64,000 bases of DNA from Octopus sinensis (taxonomy: Eukaryota). Positions 1-14,000 of this stretch are shown piece after piece (positions within the stretch are counted from its first letter, which is position 1; every line of letters starts with the position of its first letter). A program made the position numbers and the translations under genes. Below the pieces are notes generated by a model. That model did no database searches. It had not been told where the DNA came from and saw nothing but the letters and a program-made list of their open reading frames with translations. Location of the stretch: NCBI RefSeq assembly GCF_006345805.1, contig NC_043006.1, forward strand, positions 40,300,001 to 40,364,000, given 5' to 3'.

Positions 1-138
1 CCAGCAAACATATCCATCGCAAGACTGAAGTTTGCCGGTATGGTGGTGGTGGTGGTGGTTGTGGTGATTGTGATGTAAGGCAGGATTTAGAGAATCGCTT
101 GGTGGCAGGTTGTTGCAGAGAGTTAATCTGTTAATCCA

Positions 139-231
139 TTAGGCGGCAGCGATCACTATTATAACAATAACTGACAGCACCACCGTGAAGAACACGTGAA
201 CAAACAGACAACACTTCTTGAAGCGTCGACC
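139..231 (-). CDS. FRRS1: FRRS1-like last coding exon, C-terminal TM (GRRFKKCCLFVHVFFTVVLSVIVIIVIAAA*)
   Basis: tatttgcag acceptor; TAA at 141-139; resembles the FRRS1 G..FKK-TM tail. Confidence 0.88.
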   Translation of the reverse strand, partial: GRRFKKCCLFVHVFFTVVLSVIVIIVIAAA

Positions 232-3200
232 CTGCAAATAATAAACAGAACGGAAAAAAGTGAGTACAAACAAATATTGGTACATTGGATTGTAGGAAAG
301 TTTCAAAGAAGTGACGGTACATAGCTTAGCAGTTAGGGTATCCAGCTTACAACTTTACGGTCGTGAGTTCAATTCCTGGTGATGCTTTATTTCACATCGC
401 TCCAGTCCACTCAGCTGGCAAAAATGAGTAGTACCTGTATTTCAAAGGGCCAGCCTTGTCACATTCTGTGTCATGCTGAATCTTAAGGGTATGCATGCCA
501 CTTGTACATTAATTTCATGAGCAGGATGTTCCATTGATCAGATTAACTGGAACCCTCATAGTGGTAACCGACAGTCCCAAGTTAGTTTCAAAGAAACAAA
601 AATAAAAAAAATAAATACAAATAATACAAGCTTTTACTAGGCACATCACCATCAGATTTTGAAGGGAAGTGTACTCTAGATTGAATCAACCTCTGTTACA
701 GGGCTGGAACTTCAATTACTTTAATTTACGAGCCCAAATAGACAAAAGCTGACCCCAGAGAGATTTGAACAGAGAAGGTAAGCATTTGTAACCAAGTTCC
801 ACAATCTGAAACTGCATTCTCCTTATACAGAGTCACTTTTATTTCTTATTAATTAGGCATAAGATTAATTTATAGTAAAGATTGTTTGCCAACATAACAT
901 AGCAGTCCTGGTTTAGGACGAATGTTGCTGTAATTTAGCCCCCAGAGACATTGTCTCCGGTTGGCTATATGACACAATCTAAATTACAGCAACATTTGTC
1001 CTAAACCAGGACTGCCACATTATGTTGGCAAACAATCTTTACTACAAAGTACTGTAGCTGAATATCTCGTTGTGAGATTTAAAAATAATAATTTTCTAAT
1101 AAGATTAATTTATGTAGAATATAAATATTAACAAGTTAATTTAAATCCAGTATATTAAAATATATATTATCCCTGATGAAGGACTGGTTGGGTGGTTAAG
1201 TTCACTTCTGAGCCATATGGTCTAAAGTTCAGTCTCACTGCATGGGACCATGAGCAAATATTTTCTACTATAGCCCTAGGTCAACCAAAGCCTTGAGAGT
1301 GGATCTGGTAAATGGAAAACGAAAAAGTCCATTGTATATGGATGTGTGTGTTTGTGTCTGCTTGTCTTGCCATCATGTGATAATTGTAAATGAATCATTC
1401 ATTTTTAATATTCTGCAAAAAAACATGCTCCGGCAGATTGGAAATGAAGGAAAACGCTTGCATGGTGATGCTTATTTACAAACATCATAGCAAATTAAGG
1501 TAAGGAGACAGTAACACACACACACACACACACGCATTCAGTGGGTTTCTTCAGCTTGCCTCAACCAAATCATCTCACAAGGCATTGGTCAGCCTCGGTC
1601 GAGAGGAAACACTTGCCCAAGGTGCCACACAGTGGAACAGAACCCAAAACTACATGGTTGCAAAGCAAGCTTCTTAACCACACAGACAGACAGGCTTACT
1701 TACATATCTGTGGAATACTCATCCACTTACACGCTAAATCAATGAGTAAATAGTCCAGCTGACCAAACAATTAACTAAACATTGCTGAAACCTGATGGAG
1801 ATCTAAGTATCTATTTCGCTTATTTTACTCCAATACCATCAGCACAACAGGCAAGGAGCTTCCTTCAAACATCCCAACTGTTCGCTTTCCTCTCAGCTCC
1901 ACTTGAGCCAATTCCATTGCTAGTATGTCAACATACTAGCCAGTGGCACGTAAGAGAACCATCCGAACGTGGCCGTTGCCAGTGCCGCCCCGATTGGCCT
2001 CCATGCCGGTGGCGCATAAATAGCACCATCCGATCGTGGCCGTTTGCCAGCCTTGGCATCTGTGCCGGTAGCACGTAAAAAGCACCCACTACACTCACGG
2101 AGTGGTTGGCGTTAGGAAGGGCATCCAGCCGTAGAAACATTGCCAGATCAGACTGGGCCTGGTGCAGCCTTCTGGCTTCCCAGACCCCAGTTGAACCGTC
2201 CAACCCATGCTAGCATGGAAAGCGGACGCTAAACAATGATGATGATGATGATATGTCGACCTGGAATGTACTGTTCCACATTTTCCTTGGTCTTCCACTC
2301 AGTCTTTTTCCCTCTTTCCAGCATCCACCACATCACAATGGTAGCATGTTTCTCCTACAGTAATCAAAGCACATGGCTAGTAAACCATAATCCACTGCTT
2401 CATCACTATGTCCTGAAGTCTTCCAATTCAAGTTCTTTCCATCACTTCATTTCTCACTCTGCCCTGGTAAGAGATGCCCAGGATTGAATGCAGGCAGTGT
2501 CAACGGAACACAGCCAGCAATCTTATTACCGCTGTAATAACTGATCCTAAAATGAACTATACAGTATAAGGACCCTGTTTGTCAAACAACAACAACAAGA
2601 GACTATATAATAAGAGGTGTATACTTACAACGGGGTGCGGTTCTGGGATGTACAATTTTGGATTCTCCCTCTTTGAGTATTCATATTTTTCTCGGCGTTC
2701 TGCAATAGAGATAGCATTTGTGTCAATAACATGGAATCGTTTAAGACACTTAACCCATTCATGCTGATCGTCCGTTTAAACTGACAATTTATAAGGGTAT
2801 AAAACAAATACTTGATACAAATTGTGATTTATGTATGATCTGAATCAAAGAATGAAACATGTTCTTAACGCATATGCAGTCTATATCAAACGGATTTCAA
2901 GGAAATTTTTTCCAGTTGTTGTTTGGGTCAAAATAAGGGTATCTGTGAATTTTCAGGCAATTTCAGCAGAAATGGGTTAAGCAAACACAAGAGAGTTGCA
3001 CTGAGAACATGGAAGCAGGGGGAGAAAACTCTAGTGTTAGTTGTGCAGCTCCCTATGTAGCTCTTCAGCAGACAAAAGGTATAAAAAAAAAAAAGGTGTT
3101 TAGAAGTGACATCTTCAGGTGAGACTACGAAGAAACAAGAGGTGTATTGAAGCTTTTAGTATGCGACTGCTTGAGGAATACAGCAGCAATGAAGTTTCTC

Positions 3201-4855
3201 TAATAGGATGTGTGACGGAGTGAAGCGAGAGGTTGATTGGAGGCAAAGGAGGAAGGGAAATGTCAGTGAAAGAGAAAAATAAGCGAAAGAATCACGTAGA
3301 CAGAAAGAGACAGACAGCGAGGGAGAGAGAGAAAGATACAAACAAAAAGTGAGAAAAGAGGTGGTAGGAGGGGGCATGAGAAAGACAAAATGAGAGTACG
3401 ATGAGAATATGTGAGAGAAAAAGACAGAAGGAGAACAAGAGAATGAGAGGCAACAATAGAATAACAAAAAAAAAGAAAGGAACAAGAGAGAGTGTAAGAG
3501 GGAATAAGATGTTACAGGAATAGAGAGAGAGATATAATATAAGGAGAGAAGAAAGATAGAAAGAAGAGACAGAGAGATCAAATGAAGGAGAAAAATATAT
3601 TGAAAGATAGAGAGAAATGTGAGTGTTAAGAAGAGAGATGGAAAAAAAGAACTGGAGCATTTGAAAGACAAAGGAAGGAGGGGGAAAAGTCAGAGAGAAT
3701 GCACGGGAAGAGAGAGACAGAAATAGGGGGTACACTTAACCTGCTGCCTTGTTCAACACAACCACCTGATCTTTGAGTACCTTAAGCAAGTGTACGCTGT
3801 TATAAAGTATTCAAGGTAGCCCTTAGCCTGAGGATAACTTCCTCCCTGCTTCCCTTCCTCTCGCTTGTCTCAGAGGCCATGAAGAAAGGTTACATGTACT
3901 GTTCCACCTTTGCAATCCCACCCCATCCAAACTCCGATTAAATATTAGATACACAAAAATGAGTTACCTTCTGTAGTCATATTTCACTTGAGCTTTATTA
4001 TCAATTACTTAGATAATTAGTCAATTAATTGATGAATTAATCAAATAATTGGTTCACCATAAATCTTTCACCAGAGCCTTTGACCTTAACAATGATGATC
4101 CCACTCGCATCCCCCACATCCCAACATTTCCTCAGTTAACAGACACTTCTTGCTCCTTACTTGTTCCAAACTAATTATAAATTAACTGATGATAAAAACA
4201 ATCATACAATAAAACTAACTATCTAACTGATAATAAACTGAAGTGAACTACAACCAGTGCATGTGTTTCACTGACTGACAGTATGACCCTCCCAAAATGC
4301 AATAACATCTACTTCAACATACAATTTCACATTTCAAAGAAAAAAACTGCAAACTGAATGCAAATATGAAAGACTTACCTTCGTTCTTCTCGTAATAGCA
4401 GAAATCGTGAATCTTAAGTAAAATATCAATAATAAGCTGGATTATCATGATGGCAACAAGGAACCATGTAATCCACCAGGGTATGTAGTATCTGCCATAG
4501 TCTAGACTGATCAGTAAGGTTGGAACTGCAAGGAAACAAAGAGTAAACACCAATGAAAGTCTTATAGACCATATACATATAGAAGACCCAAAGAGTAGTG
4601 GGTAAACATTAAGCGTTATGGACTTTATATATCTTATTTATACTTTTATTGTCTTATTTCCCTCTATATTTCCTCTTCCACAATAGTTCGAACTCAAATA
4701 TTTTCTCACACCGCCTCTGATGAAAGGATGTTCATAATATCCCTGAAATAGTAGTAAGGCTACTTCATTATAAATGTCCTGAAAACTCTTCACAGCCTAA
4801 GCTTTGTTATCTCATTCTATCTAACACACATTCATACATACACACACACACACAC

Positions 4856-4890
<35 letters not shown>

Positions 4891-4989
4891 TAAGGGATTA
4901 GCAAAGAAGAATTAGCAGTTTTGACTGCTATTTCTAAATTTTGGTATGTGGTGAAGCAACTTTTTGCTAATCCCTTAATTATGTGTATG

Positions 4990-5024
<35 letters not shown>

Positions 5025-8000
5025 TAGATAGAATGAGATAACAAAGCCAAGGCTGTGAGGAGTTTCCACCAATCTACTGTATGTGCCAAAGCCAACAGGC
5101 TTCAGCACTATTTCCAATCTACCTAATTTCAATTGCAAGGCTTGGGCTAACTCAAGGCTAGGGTATACCATATATATATATATATATATATATCCAAGAT
5201 GCCACACAGAGGAATTGAACCCAGGACCTTTAAATAGTGAAGCAAACTTAACTATTCAGCCACACTGCATACTTTCATCACCATCTTTATTTAATGCCCA
5301 ATTTTCCATGGAATTTGTTGATGCAGATCTTCTACAGCCCGTCCTGTTGACAACCCTCACCTGTTTCCAAGCAAGGTAAGACTTCCACATGAACAGATAT
5401 TACAGTTCTATATTTAAGAGATGAGGAATTATGCACATTATTTACATTTGATGGATATTTGTCCTCATCTTGTTTGTTGTTAAAACGTTTCAGCTGATAT
5501 ACACTCCAGCCTTCATCAGGTATCTTGGGGAAATTTTGAACCTGGGTTCTCATTCCTAAGGTATTTTACGATATTATCATCATCATTATTATCATTACTA
5601 TTATTATTTAGGTCACTGCCTGGAATCAAACTTGGAATCTTGGGGTTAGTTGCCCGCGCTCTTAACCACTACGCCATATAATGAAGACAAATATCCATCA
5701 AATGTAAATAATGTAAATAATGAACAGATATGTTTTCCACAAAAGACTGGAAATGAACAACCTTGCCTGTATTATGATTAGGATGATGATGATGATTATT
5801 TATAAACATTTTGTTCTCTAGACCAGTGCCTTGCAACCGCTATGCAGAGGCATGCTGGTGTGCTACAAGATGACACTAGGTGTACCGCAGTGTAACCTAA
5901 ATATAATTTTTTTTCCCTATACTTTCAATTATAATTTTAGTTCAGGTGTGCTGCCGAATTTTGGAAAGAATATAAGTGTACCACATGTTAAAAATGGTTG
6001 CAGAGCAATGGTATAGACAAAGGTACACACACACACACAATGAGTTATCTGCAGTTTCCATCCAAATCTTTTACAAGGTTTTGGTTGACCCAGAGCTATG
6101 GTAAAAGATATTTGCCCAAGGTACCATGCAATGGACCTGAACTTAAGACCAAATGGTTGGGAAGCAATTTTCTTTACCACACAGCCGACACCTGTATGTT
6201 TATACATACATTTATACACTTTATACATGTATTTATACAGACACGTTTACATGTAAATCAGAGTTATGGAGGCGGGATCTGTTTCAAACAGCAGTAAATG
6301 TGAGTTATGATAATAATAATTATAATAATAATTAAAAATGTTTATGACGTAATTATGTGAGAGAGAGAGAGAGATGAAGAGACTGAGATTAAAGGAAAAC
6401 AAAGAAGTGCTGTCGGCAATGCTATAATACTCACTGGCCAAAATGAGAGTCACCAGGCAGAGAATGAAACAGATGATGTTGAAGATAAACTGAAGGCAGC
6501 CATCTGTGCATCGAATCAACAACATTATTATCGGCTGTAAGAGAAAAACAAAGAAAAGCGAGTCAGGGTTACAACAGATTCTTTCATGGTTTTATCTGCA
6601 TGACTGGATGAAATGGTTGTTTGTTTGTTTATTTATTTATTTATTTAGCTATTTATTTTCTATGCTTGTTTGTTTTTGTTTTTTTTTGTTGTTGTTTTTT
6701 TTTGTAGAGCTGTGTAAGATAAACACTTGCAAACAAATAGTAATGGCTTAGATCAGCAATCGCAGAGCAAACGGTGCAGTTTAGATAAATAGCAGAAGAA
6801 GAAAAGAAGAAGAAAAATCAATGGAGTTTGGTTGTATATAAACAACTGCAAATAAATAGTGTGGCTTAGATAAACACTTGCAAAATAAACGGTGTTGCTG
6901 ATGCTGACTTAGGAGAAACACTTGCAAATAAAATGATGTGGGCTTCAATAAACAATTATAAATGAAAGAAAACACAAGAGAGAAGTGATTAGTGGTTCTG
7001 TGTGTTGGTAACTGAAAAATAACTAAATAAGCAGAAGGACTGATAATTCCATACGAAAAAGAAGATTGAGGGTTTAGGTATTTGCTTAACGTAAGCTGTA
7101 CAATGTAAAACTAGCTGAGCAGAGATGATAGTAGCTTGGCTATCTAACTTGATGGATTATAGGTTCAAATCTTGTCTTTATGTTATTCTATAATCTTCAC
7201 TCGGCTGGCATTAGGTGTCAGTAAGATATTTCATGCTTCAAGAGTGATTTAACAAACATGGTTTGTTAAATCACTCCTGCTGTAGCAGAAGAGGAAATGA
7301 GATGAGAAGTTGAATCTCCAGTAAACTGGAGCTTGCGATACAGTTTCAATTCTCAGCGGGGAAATGTCTTGCATTGCTTAGGAGAGCAGTCATTTCTATT
7401 TCACTTTCGCTATAAACTCAACAAACCAGGGACATGCCCCCTAGACAGGCAAGATAGGCAGTGCCTACCTTGAGTAAAATATATCGATAGCAACATTTTC
7501 CTGTCACGGCAAAATATGCATCTAATTCAATAAAATTGTGATGGTTACTCTAATTACTATTCATAAAATACAAAATATTTTATTATTTGTAGATTAGGTA
7601 GAAATAATTCGCCCCTGCCTTTCAATCTCAGTATTAAAGCTACGAATAGGACTGGTGTAGTACACATGCTGCATACACTCCTACAACAACGCTATAAAGG
7701 CAGAAGTAAATCTGCCTTCAGCTCAGTCACACACCAGTGTTTTGCTTATTTTTTTGTATGCTTTACTACATAAAGGTCACCAACTGCCTACCCTGAGTAA
7801 TTACTGACAGCATGTGCCTGCAACAAACAATCACTCACTGATAGATGTCACTAACCTCAGAAAAGTCAAGTCATTGACTCCACTTGACAAATTTGTATAA
7901 GTAAATAATTTTTTTGGTTTCTTTTCTGTTGTATTTTTTAAGAAGTGCATTTCATTTCCTTTACTAGAAAAAGATTAACAATGTCAATTCTAGAAAGATT

Positions 8001-11000
8001 TGAGCTCACAAATGTGAAACAGTGAAGTACCAATCATAAGACCCCCAACATAGCAGTGTATTACTTGTATTAAGCTTATATTTATATCTGTGTTATAATA
8101 AAGAAAGCTGTTTATTAATTAGTCTAGAGTATATAACTTTTACTAAGAGAAAGTGACTATTAAAGCAATTATTAAAAATTCTTAAAAATCACGATTTTCA
8201 TATATTTTTATTAAAATGTGGTTTTGAAGATTCTTTTATTAATGGAGATTTCAACTACAGAAAAATAGTTTTAATTTATTATGGGATGGCATTATTTAAC
8301 ACAGTGAGGTAGCATTCTGTCATTGTCCTTTCTATCTCTCTTACGCCTCACAATGCTACTTCAAACAGACATATCAACAAAAATATATTTCTGATAGCCA
8401 AGTCTTTCAAGGAAATTACTGTTTGTGCTATTGTAGTTAGTATGATTATTTACAGTATTATTCTTTTATTCTTTTACTAGTTTCAGTCATTTGATTGCGG
8501 CCATACTGGAACACCACCTTTAGTGGAGAAAATCGACCCTGGACTTAATTTTTGTAAGCCTAGTACTTATTCTATCGGTCTCTTTTGCCAAACTGCTAGG
8601 TTACGGGGGACGTAAACACACCAGCATTGGTTGTCAAGCGATGTTGAGGACAAACACATGCACACACACATATATAAATGTATATGACGGGCTTCTTTCA
8701 GTTTCCATAGCAGCTGACTGGCTTCCGTGCCAGTGGCATGTAAAAAGCACCATTTGAGCGTGATCGTTACCAGTGTTGCCTTACTGGCACTTGTCGGTGG
8801 CACGTGAAAAAACATTCGAGCGAGGTCGTTGTCCAAGGGAAAGGCAAAGGCCAATCCAGCTTGGTACATAAAAAACACCATTTGAACGTGGCCACTGCCA
8901 GTACCACCTGACTGGCCCTTGTGCCAGTGGCACATAAAAGCACTCACTACACTCTCGGAGCAGTTGGCGTTAGGAAAGACATCCAGCTGTAGAAACTCTG
9001 CCTGATCAGATTGGAGACTGGTGCAGCCATCTGGTATACCAGTCCTCAGTCAAATAGTCCAACCTATGCTAGCATGGAAAGCGGACGTTAAATGGTGATG
9101 ATGATGAAATTCACTCACAAGACTTTGGTCAGCCCGAGGTCATAGCAGAAGACACTTGCCCAAGGTGCCATGCAGTGGGACTGAACCCAGAACCATGTGG
9201 TTGGTAAGCAAGCTACTTGCCACACAGCCACTCCAGGAATTTTTTTCTAAATCATTTCTTTTCCAAAAGAAAAAAAAATCTTCTAATATGTATATATACA
9301 ATAAACTGAGAGCTTTTACATGGTTAACTCAACATAATATCTGATATCTTCATTAATTCTAACACTGTCTTTCAGTGCGTGCTATTATTTGAAATTTATG
9401 TGTTATTAAATAAATAATGGATGCAAAAGGAAATTAGATGTAAAATATCGGTAAAATTATACAAATTGGGAATCAAATCTGTAACATTATTTTGCGAGTA
9501 GCAGAAAACCTTCTACTGGTAAATTAAATATTGATTGATAATGAATTCACTGAAAGCTAAACTGATTAATCTAACAGTCTTTGGTTGCCCAACCTGCTAG
9601 AAATAGCAACCAAATCCCATTTGAATTACACCCTACAATCTTTAAAAAAAAAAAAAAGGTCAATGAGTAATGTGGTCTTAGATGCACAATGCCTGAAATG
9701 AAGATAATGGATGAACATATACTGTATTCTTTGATCTGATCTCTGTTCACTGCAAAATTAGAAAACATTCAGTTGGTATATGGAAGAAGGTTTTGCTAGT
9801 TGCATGAGCTGAGGTGTCTATTTACAACCAGATAGACTGAGCCATACTCCACTGAGCCATGTTTAGTGACAGGACATGATCCAGTTAGACTCAAGCAGTA
9901 GTCTCCAGATCCCTTTGTCATGATAAAGCTGAACAGGGTTACCATCATCATCATTAACTGTTGAACATTACTGTCTCAAGTACAAGGGCTCAGAGGACCA
10001 GTTACTTGGTTTCTAAGGATTACAAGTGATTGAGACCACAACATTTCCTCTGAACAGGACACCAGTCCTATCATGAATGACCATGTGATTGCACCCAGAA
10101 AGTTCCCCCTCTGAGGTATAAGTCCAGGCAAGGTTGTTTGTGCAAGACCAGCTGTTGCCCATGCATACCAGCCTCTCCTCTCCATGCCACCGATGTTGTC
10201 CAAGGAAAAGGCAAAGGCCAATCCAGCTTGGCACCAGTGATGTCAAAACTCATTTCTACAGTTGAGTGAACAGGAGCAAAGTGAAATAAAGTGTCTTGCT
10301 CAAGAACACAACACACAGTCCAGTCTGGGAATCGAACTCACTACCTCATGATTGTGAGCCCGGCATTCTAACCACTGAGCCATGCGCCTTCTCATCATCA
10401 GTGGCAATCACACAGTGGAGGCACCAGCAATGGGTGGGGGAAAGAGGAAAGGCAGAGCGAGTCCTATCATAGTAAAGCTGAATATGGTTATCATCATCAT
10501 CGTCATCAATTCTTGGTTAGTCCACATTACTCCAAAAAGAGCATTAGGCCAGTTTATCAGGCATATATATTCCCCCATGGACGGGACACTGGTCAGTCTT
10601 AGGATTACTCTTTTTACTAGCAGGGTGGATGTGAAATAAAGTGATTTGCTCAAGAATACAACGCATTGCCTGGTCCAGGAATCAAAACCACAATTTTACA
10701 ATCATGAGTCCAACACCCTAACAACCAAGCCAAGGACATCACTATCTCAAGTTGTAGGATTTATAGAGCTGGTTGTCTGATTTCTAAGGCAAGATCACAA
10801 CAAATCTCTTGAACAGTATATCAGTCCATTGTAGGCTCATTTGTTTACAACTGAGTGAACTGTATCAACATGAAGTTAAGTGATTTACTCAAGAATGCAA
10901 TGCATTGCCCAGTCCTGGAATCAAAACCACAATCTTAAGGGTATGACCCTTCGTGGTTATGAGGTAGATATAATTTACATCACACTAAAAGGGACAATGA

Positions 11001-14000
11001 TCAAAATGTCTGAGTTTCCTGCTTGACATAAAATCACTACAAGGTGAGGAGTCTGGTGTAAGAATTGGCCAAAAAAATGTTTTACTTACGATTATTAAGA
11101 CACACACGAAGACGACAATCAGCATGATTGGGTGAGCTCTGAGCGGTAGATAGGGAGCCTGGAAATATAACAAAGAGAGAGAAAGATATTAGAAGGCATT
11201 TAAATAATAATAATAATAATAATGATGATGATGATGATTTCGGAGATAGGGGTAAGTCAAATGCATTGACCCCAGTGTTTCACTGGGACTTATTTTATTG
11301 ACCCCAAAAGAATGAAAGGCAAAGTCGACCTCGGCAGAATTTGAACTCAGAATGTAAGGGTGGCCAAAATACCACTAAGTGTTTTTCCCGGCATGCTAAT
11401 GATTCTGCCAGCTCGCCACCTTAATAATAATAATAATAATGATCATTTCTACTTTAGGCACAAGGCCTGAAATTTGGGGGAGGGGGATAGACGATTACAT
11501 CAACTCCAGTACTCATCTGGTACTTATTTCATCAACCCTGAAAGGATGAAAGGCAAAGTCAACCCCAGCAGAATTTGAACACAAAGACAGACAAAATACT
11601 GCAAACATTTCACCCAGCATGCTAACGATTCTGCCAGCTTGCCGCCTTAATAATAATTTTCTAAATTAGATACAATGCCAGTAATTCTGAAGAGGTTGGG
11701 TAGTCAGTTACATTGAGCCAGAACTAGACTAGTACAACAGGGTCTCTATGAACGTAATCCATTCCAGATCCCTGCTTGTTACTCAAATTGTTCGTTACAT
11801 GAGTAACTGAAAAGCATATAAACAGGGATAATCCATTCCAAGCCACATCCAAACTCCACTTAAAGGTGTGAAATGTTGTTTATTTATCCATTCCTCAATA
11901 GGCTAGTTTCCTGGTTTCCTTTGCACATATATTCCACCCCTGGGTGAGACACTGGTCTGTCACAGTGTTGGCCATTTTTGCCAGTTTGAATGGACTGGAG
12001 CACCATGAAATGAAGTGTTTTGCTCAAGGACCCAACGCATCACCCAGTCCAGGAATCGAAACTACAATCTTACAATCATGAGTCCAACACACTAACCACT
12101 AAACCACGAGCCTTCACCATCCCTCAATTGCAAATACTGTGTGTGTGTTTCCTTTGTTTTGCTTCTGTCAATCCAATGGTTGCTTTTAGCAAAAATACAA
12201 GAATCATTATTTACCATAGAAGGCAAACATTTGCAAGCTACACGAAATGTGTACATGGACATTAAACAAAACATTTGTACACGTTTTTCCAGCCACCTAC
12301 ATTGTCATCGTTTAATGTCCTCCTTCCATGCTGGCATGGGTTGGATGGTTTGACAGGGGATGGCCAGGCAAGAGCTTGCACCATGCTTCTGTGTCTGTTT
12401 TGGCATGGTTTTTATCAGAGCTGTGGAGTTGCAGAGTAGGAGTCAGAGTCAGAAACAATTCAGGGGTAACTGGAGTTGGAGTCGATAAAATAGACCACAA
12501 TCACTTTATTACATAGAGGAGTTAGAGTCGAAGTTTTTTTTTTTCCGACTCCACAACCCTGGTTTTTACAGCTGGATGCCCTTCCTAACACCAACTACTC
12601 CAAAGAGTTGAGTGAGTGCTTTTTACATGTCACTTGCACAGGTCAGTTCTGGTATGGTTTTTACAGCTGGGTGCCCTATAAATAAAAATGTGTGCTTAAA
12701 CTATTTAAGGTTTGTAGTAAAGATTGTTTGCCAACATAACATGGCAGTCCTGGTTTAGGACTAATGTTACTGTAATTTAGCCCCAGGAGACATCATCTCC
12801 AGCTGGCTATATGACACAATCTGTGTCCTTATATTTTCGAACAAGGGGATCTAGCACCCCCACTCAGCTCAAAACACTATCTGTGTATCGCGATTTCCGG
12901 GTGCTAGAGTGGGGGTACTAGATTCCCTTGTTCGAAAATATAAGGACTCAGATCGCGTCATATAGCCAGCAGGAGACGATGACTCCTGGGGCTAAATTAC
13001 AGCAACATTAGTCCTAAGCCAGGACTGCCATGTTATGTTGGCAAACAATCTTTACGACAAAGTACTGTTGCTGAATATCTCATGTTGTGAGATTTAGAAA
13101 TAGTAATATTTAAGGTTTGTTGTTCAAAGTTCAACAGGTCAGCTAAATATAATTTTTTTCAGAAGAACCATTCACCATTCAGTTTATTCATTTACTGTAC
13201 CATTCATACACATTCTCCCAGAACTTGTACGCTAGTGACGTTTACAAGTGGTTCATTGTCCAAATTTCATTTCTCTAAGTAAACTGACTCCCAGTCACTT
13301 ATAGGTTCACAGTCTGCTCGTGGTTCATGGATCAAATTTCAGCTCATTTTGGGAGTTTAATTTTATTCAGGAAAAACTATTCATTATACAATTTGTTTGT
13401 TTAGAGAACTGTTCATATATTGGTACCCCATTGCACTTTATCTTATCGACTTTGAAGAGATGAAAGGCAAAATCAAATCTGGCAGGATTTGAATCCAGAT
13501 CATTAAGAACAACAAAGTAAAGCAATTTGCCAAATGCCTCTAACGATTCTACCAATTTATCACACTTTTATTAATGATAGCTGTTTCTAATAGTAGTAGT
13601 AGTATAGACTGATGATTTTATATTCTCTCCCTGTTTATTTCAGTGTTCCTTTCTGCTGAAGAGCGTAGGTTCGAAATGTAAAAGACTTTCTCACTCCCCG
13701 AGCGTTAACCTAATACATCTGTTTGTTTGTTTACACATTCGTCTTCGTCTTTTGTTTTGTTTGTTTTGTTTTTTGGTAAATTCCAACTATAGAATGATGA
13801 TGATGGTGGTGGTGGTGATGATGATGATGATGATGCAATGATGATGTTGCAAATGACAACAGATAAAGAGAAGAAGGAAGACTTACCTCAACATATCCTC
13901 CTGCATCCACAAAGAAAAAGATGAAAGCCAAAATCATGAGCACAAACACTGACACCATACATGGCCAGTAGACCTGAAAAGACAAAAGAGAGAAAAGAGG

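Noticed and set aside
131-322. 63-aa ORF overlapping the last exon
   Set aside because: Wrong frame; the FRRS1-like GRRFKK-TM frame ends at 139.
3156-3735. Hydrophobic F/L/S-rich ORFs resembling membrane proteins
   Set aside because: Low-complexity GA-rich intronic tract; the same applies at ~21630-21880 and ~23450-23670.
3740-3800. Possible extra exon ending GCAG|GTTAAG
   Set aside because: No phase-compatible acceptor and an in-frame stop upstream; exon 2629-2699 already joins exons 13 and 15 in frame.
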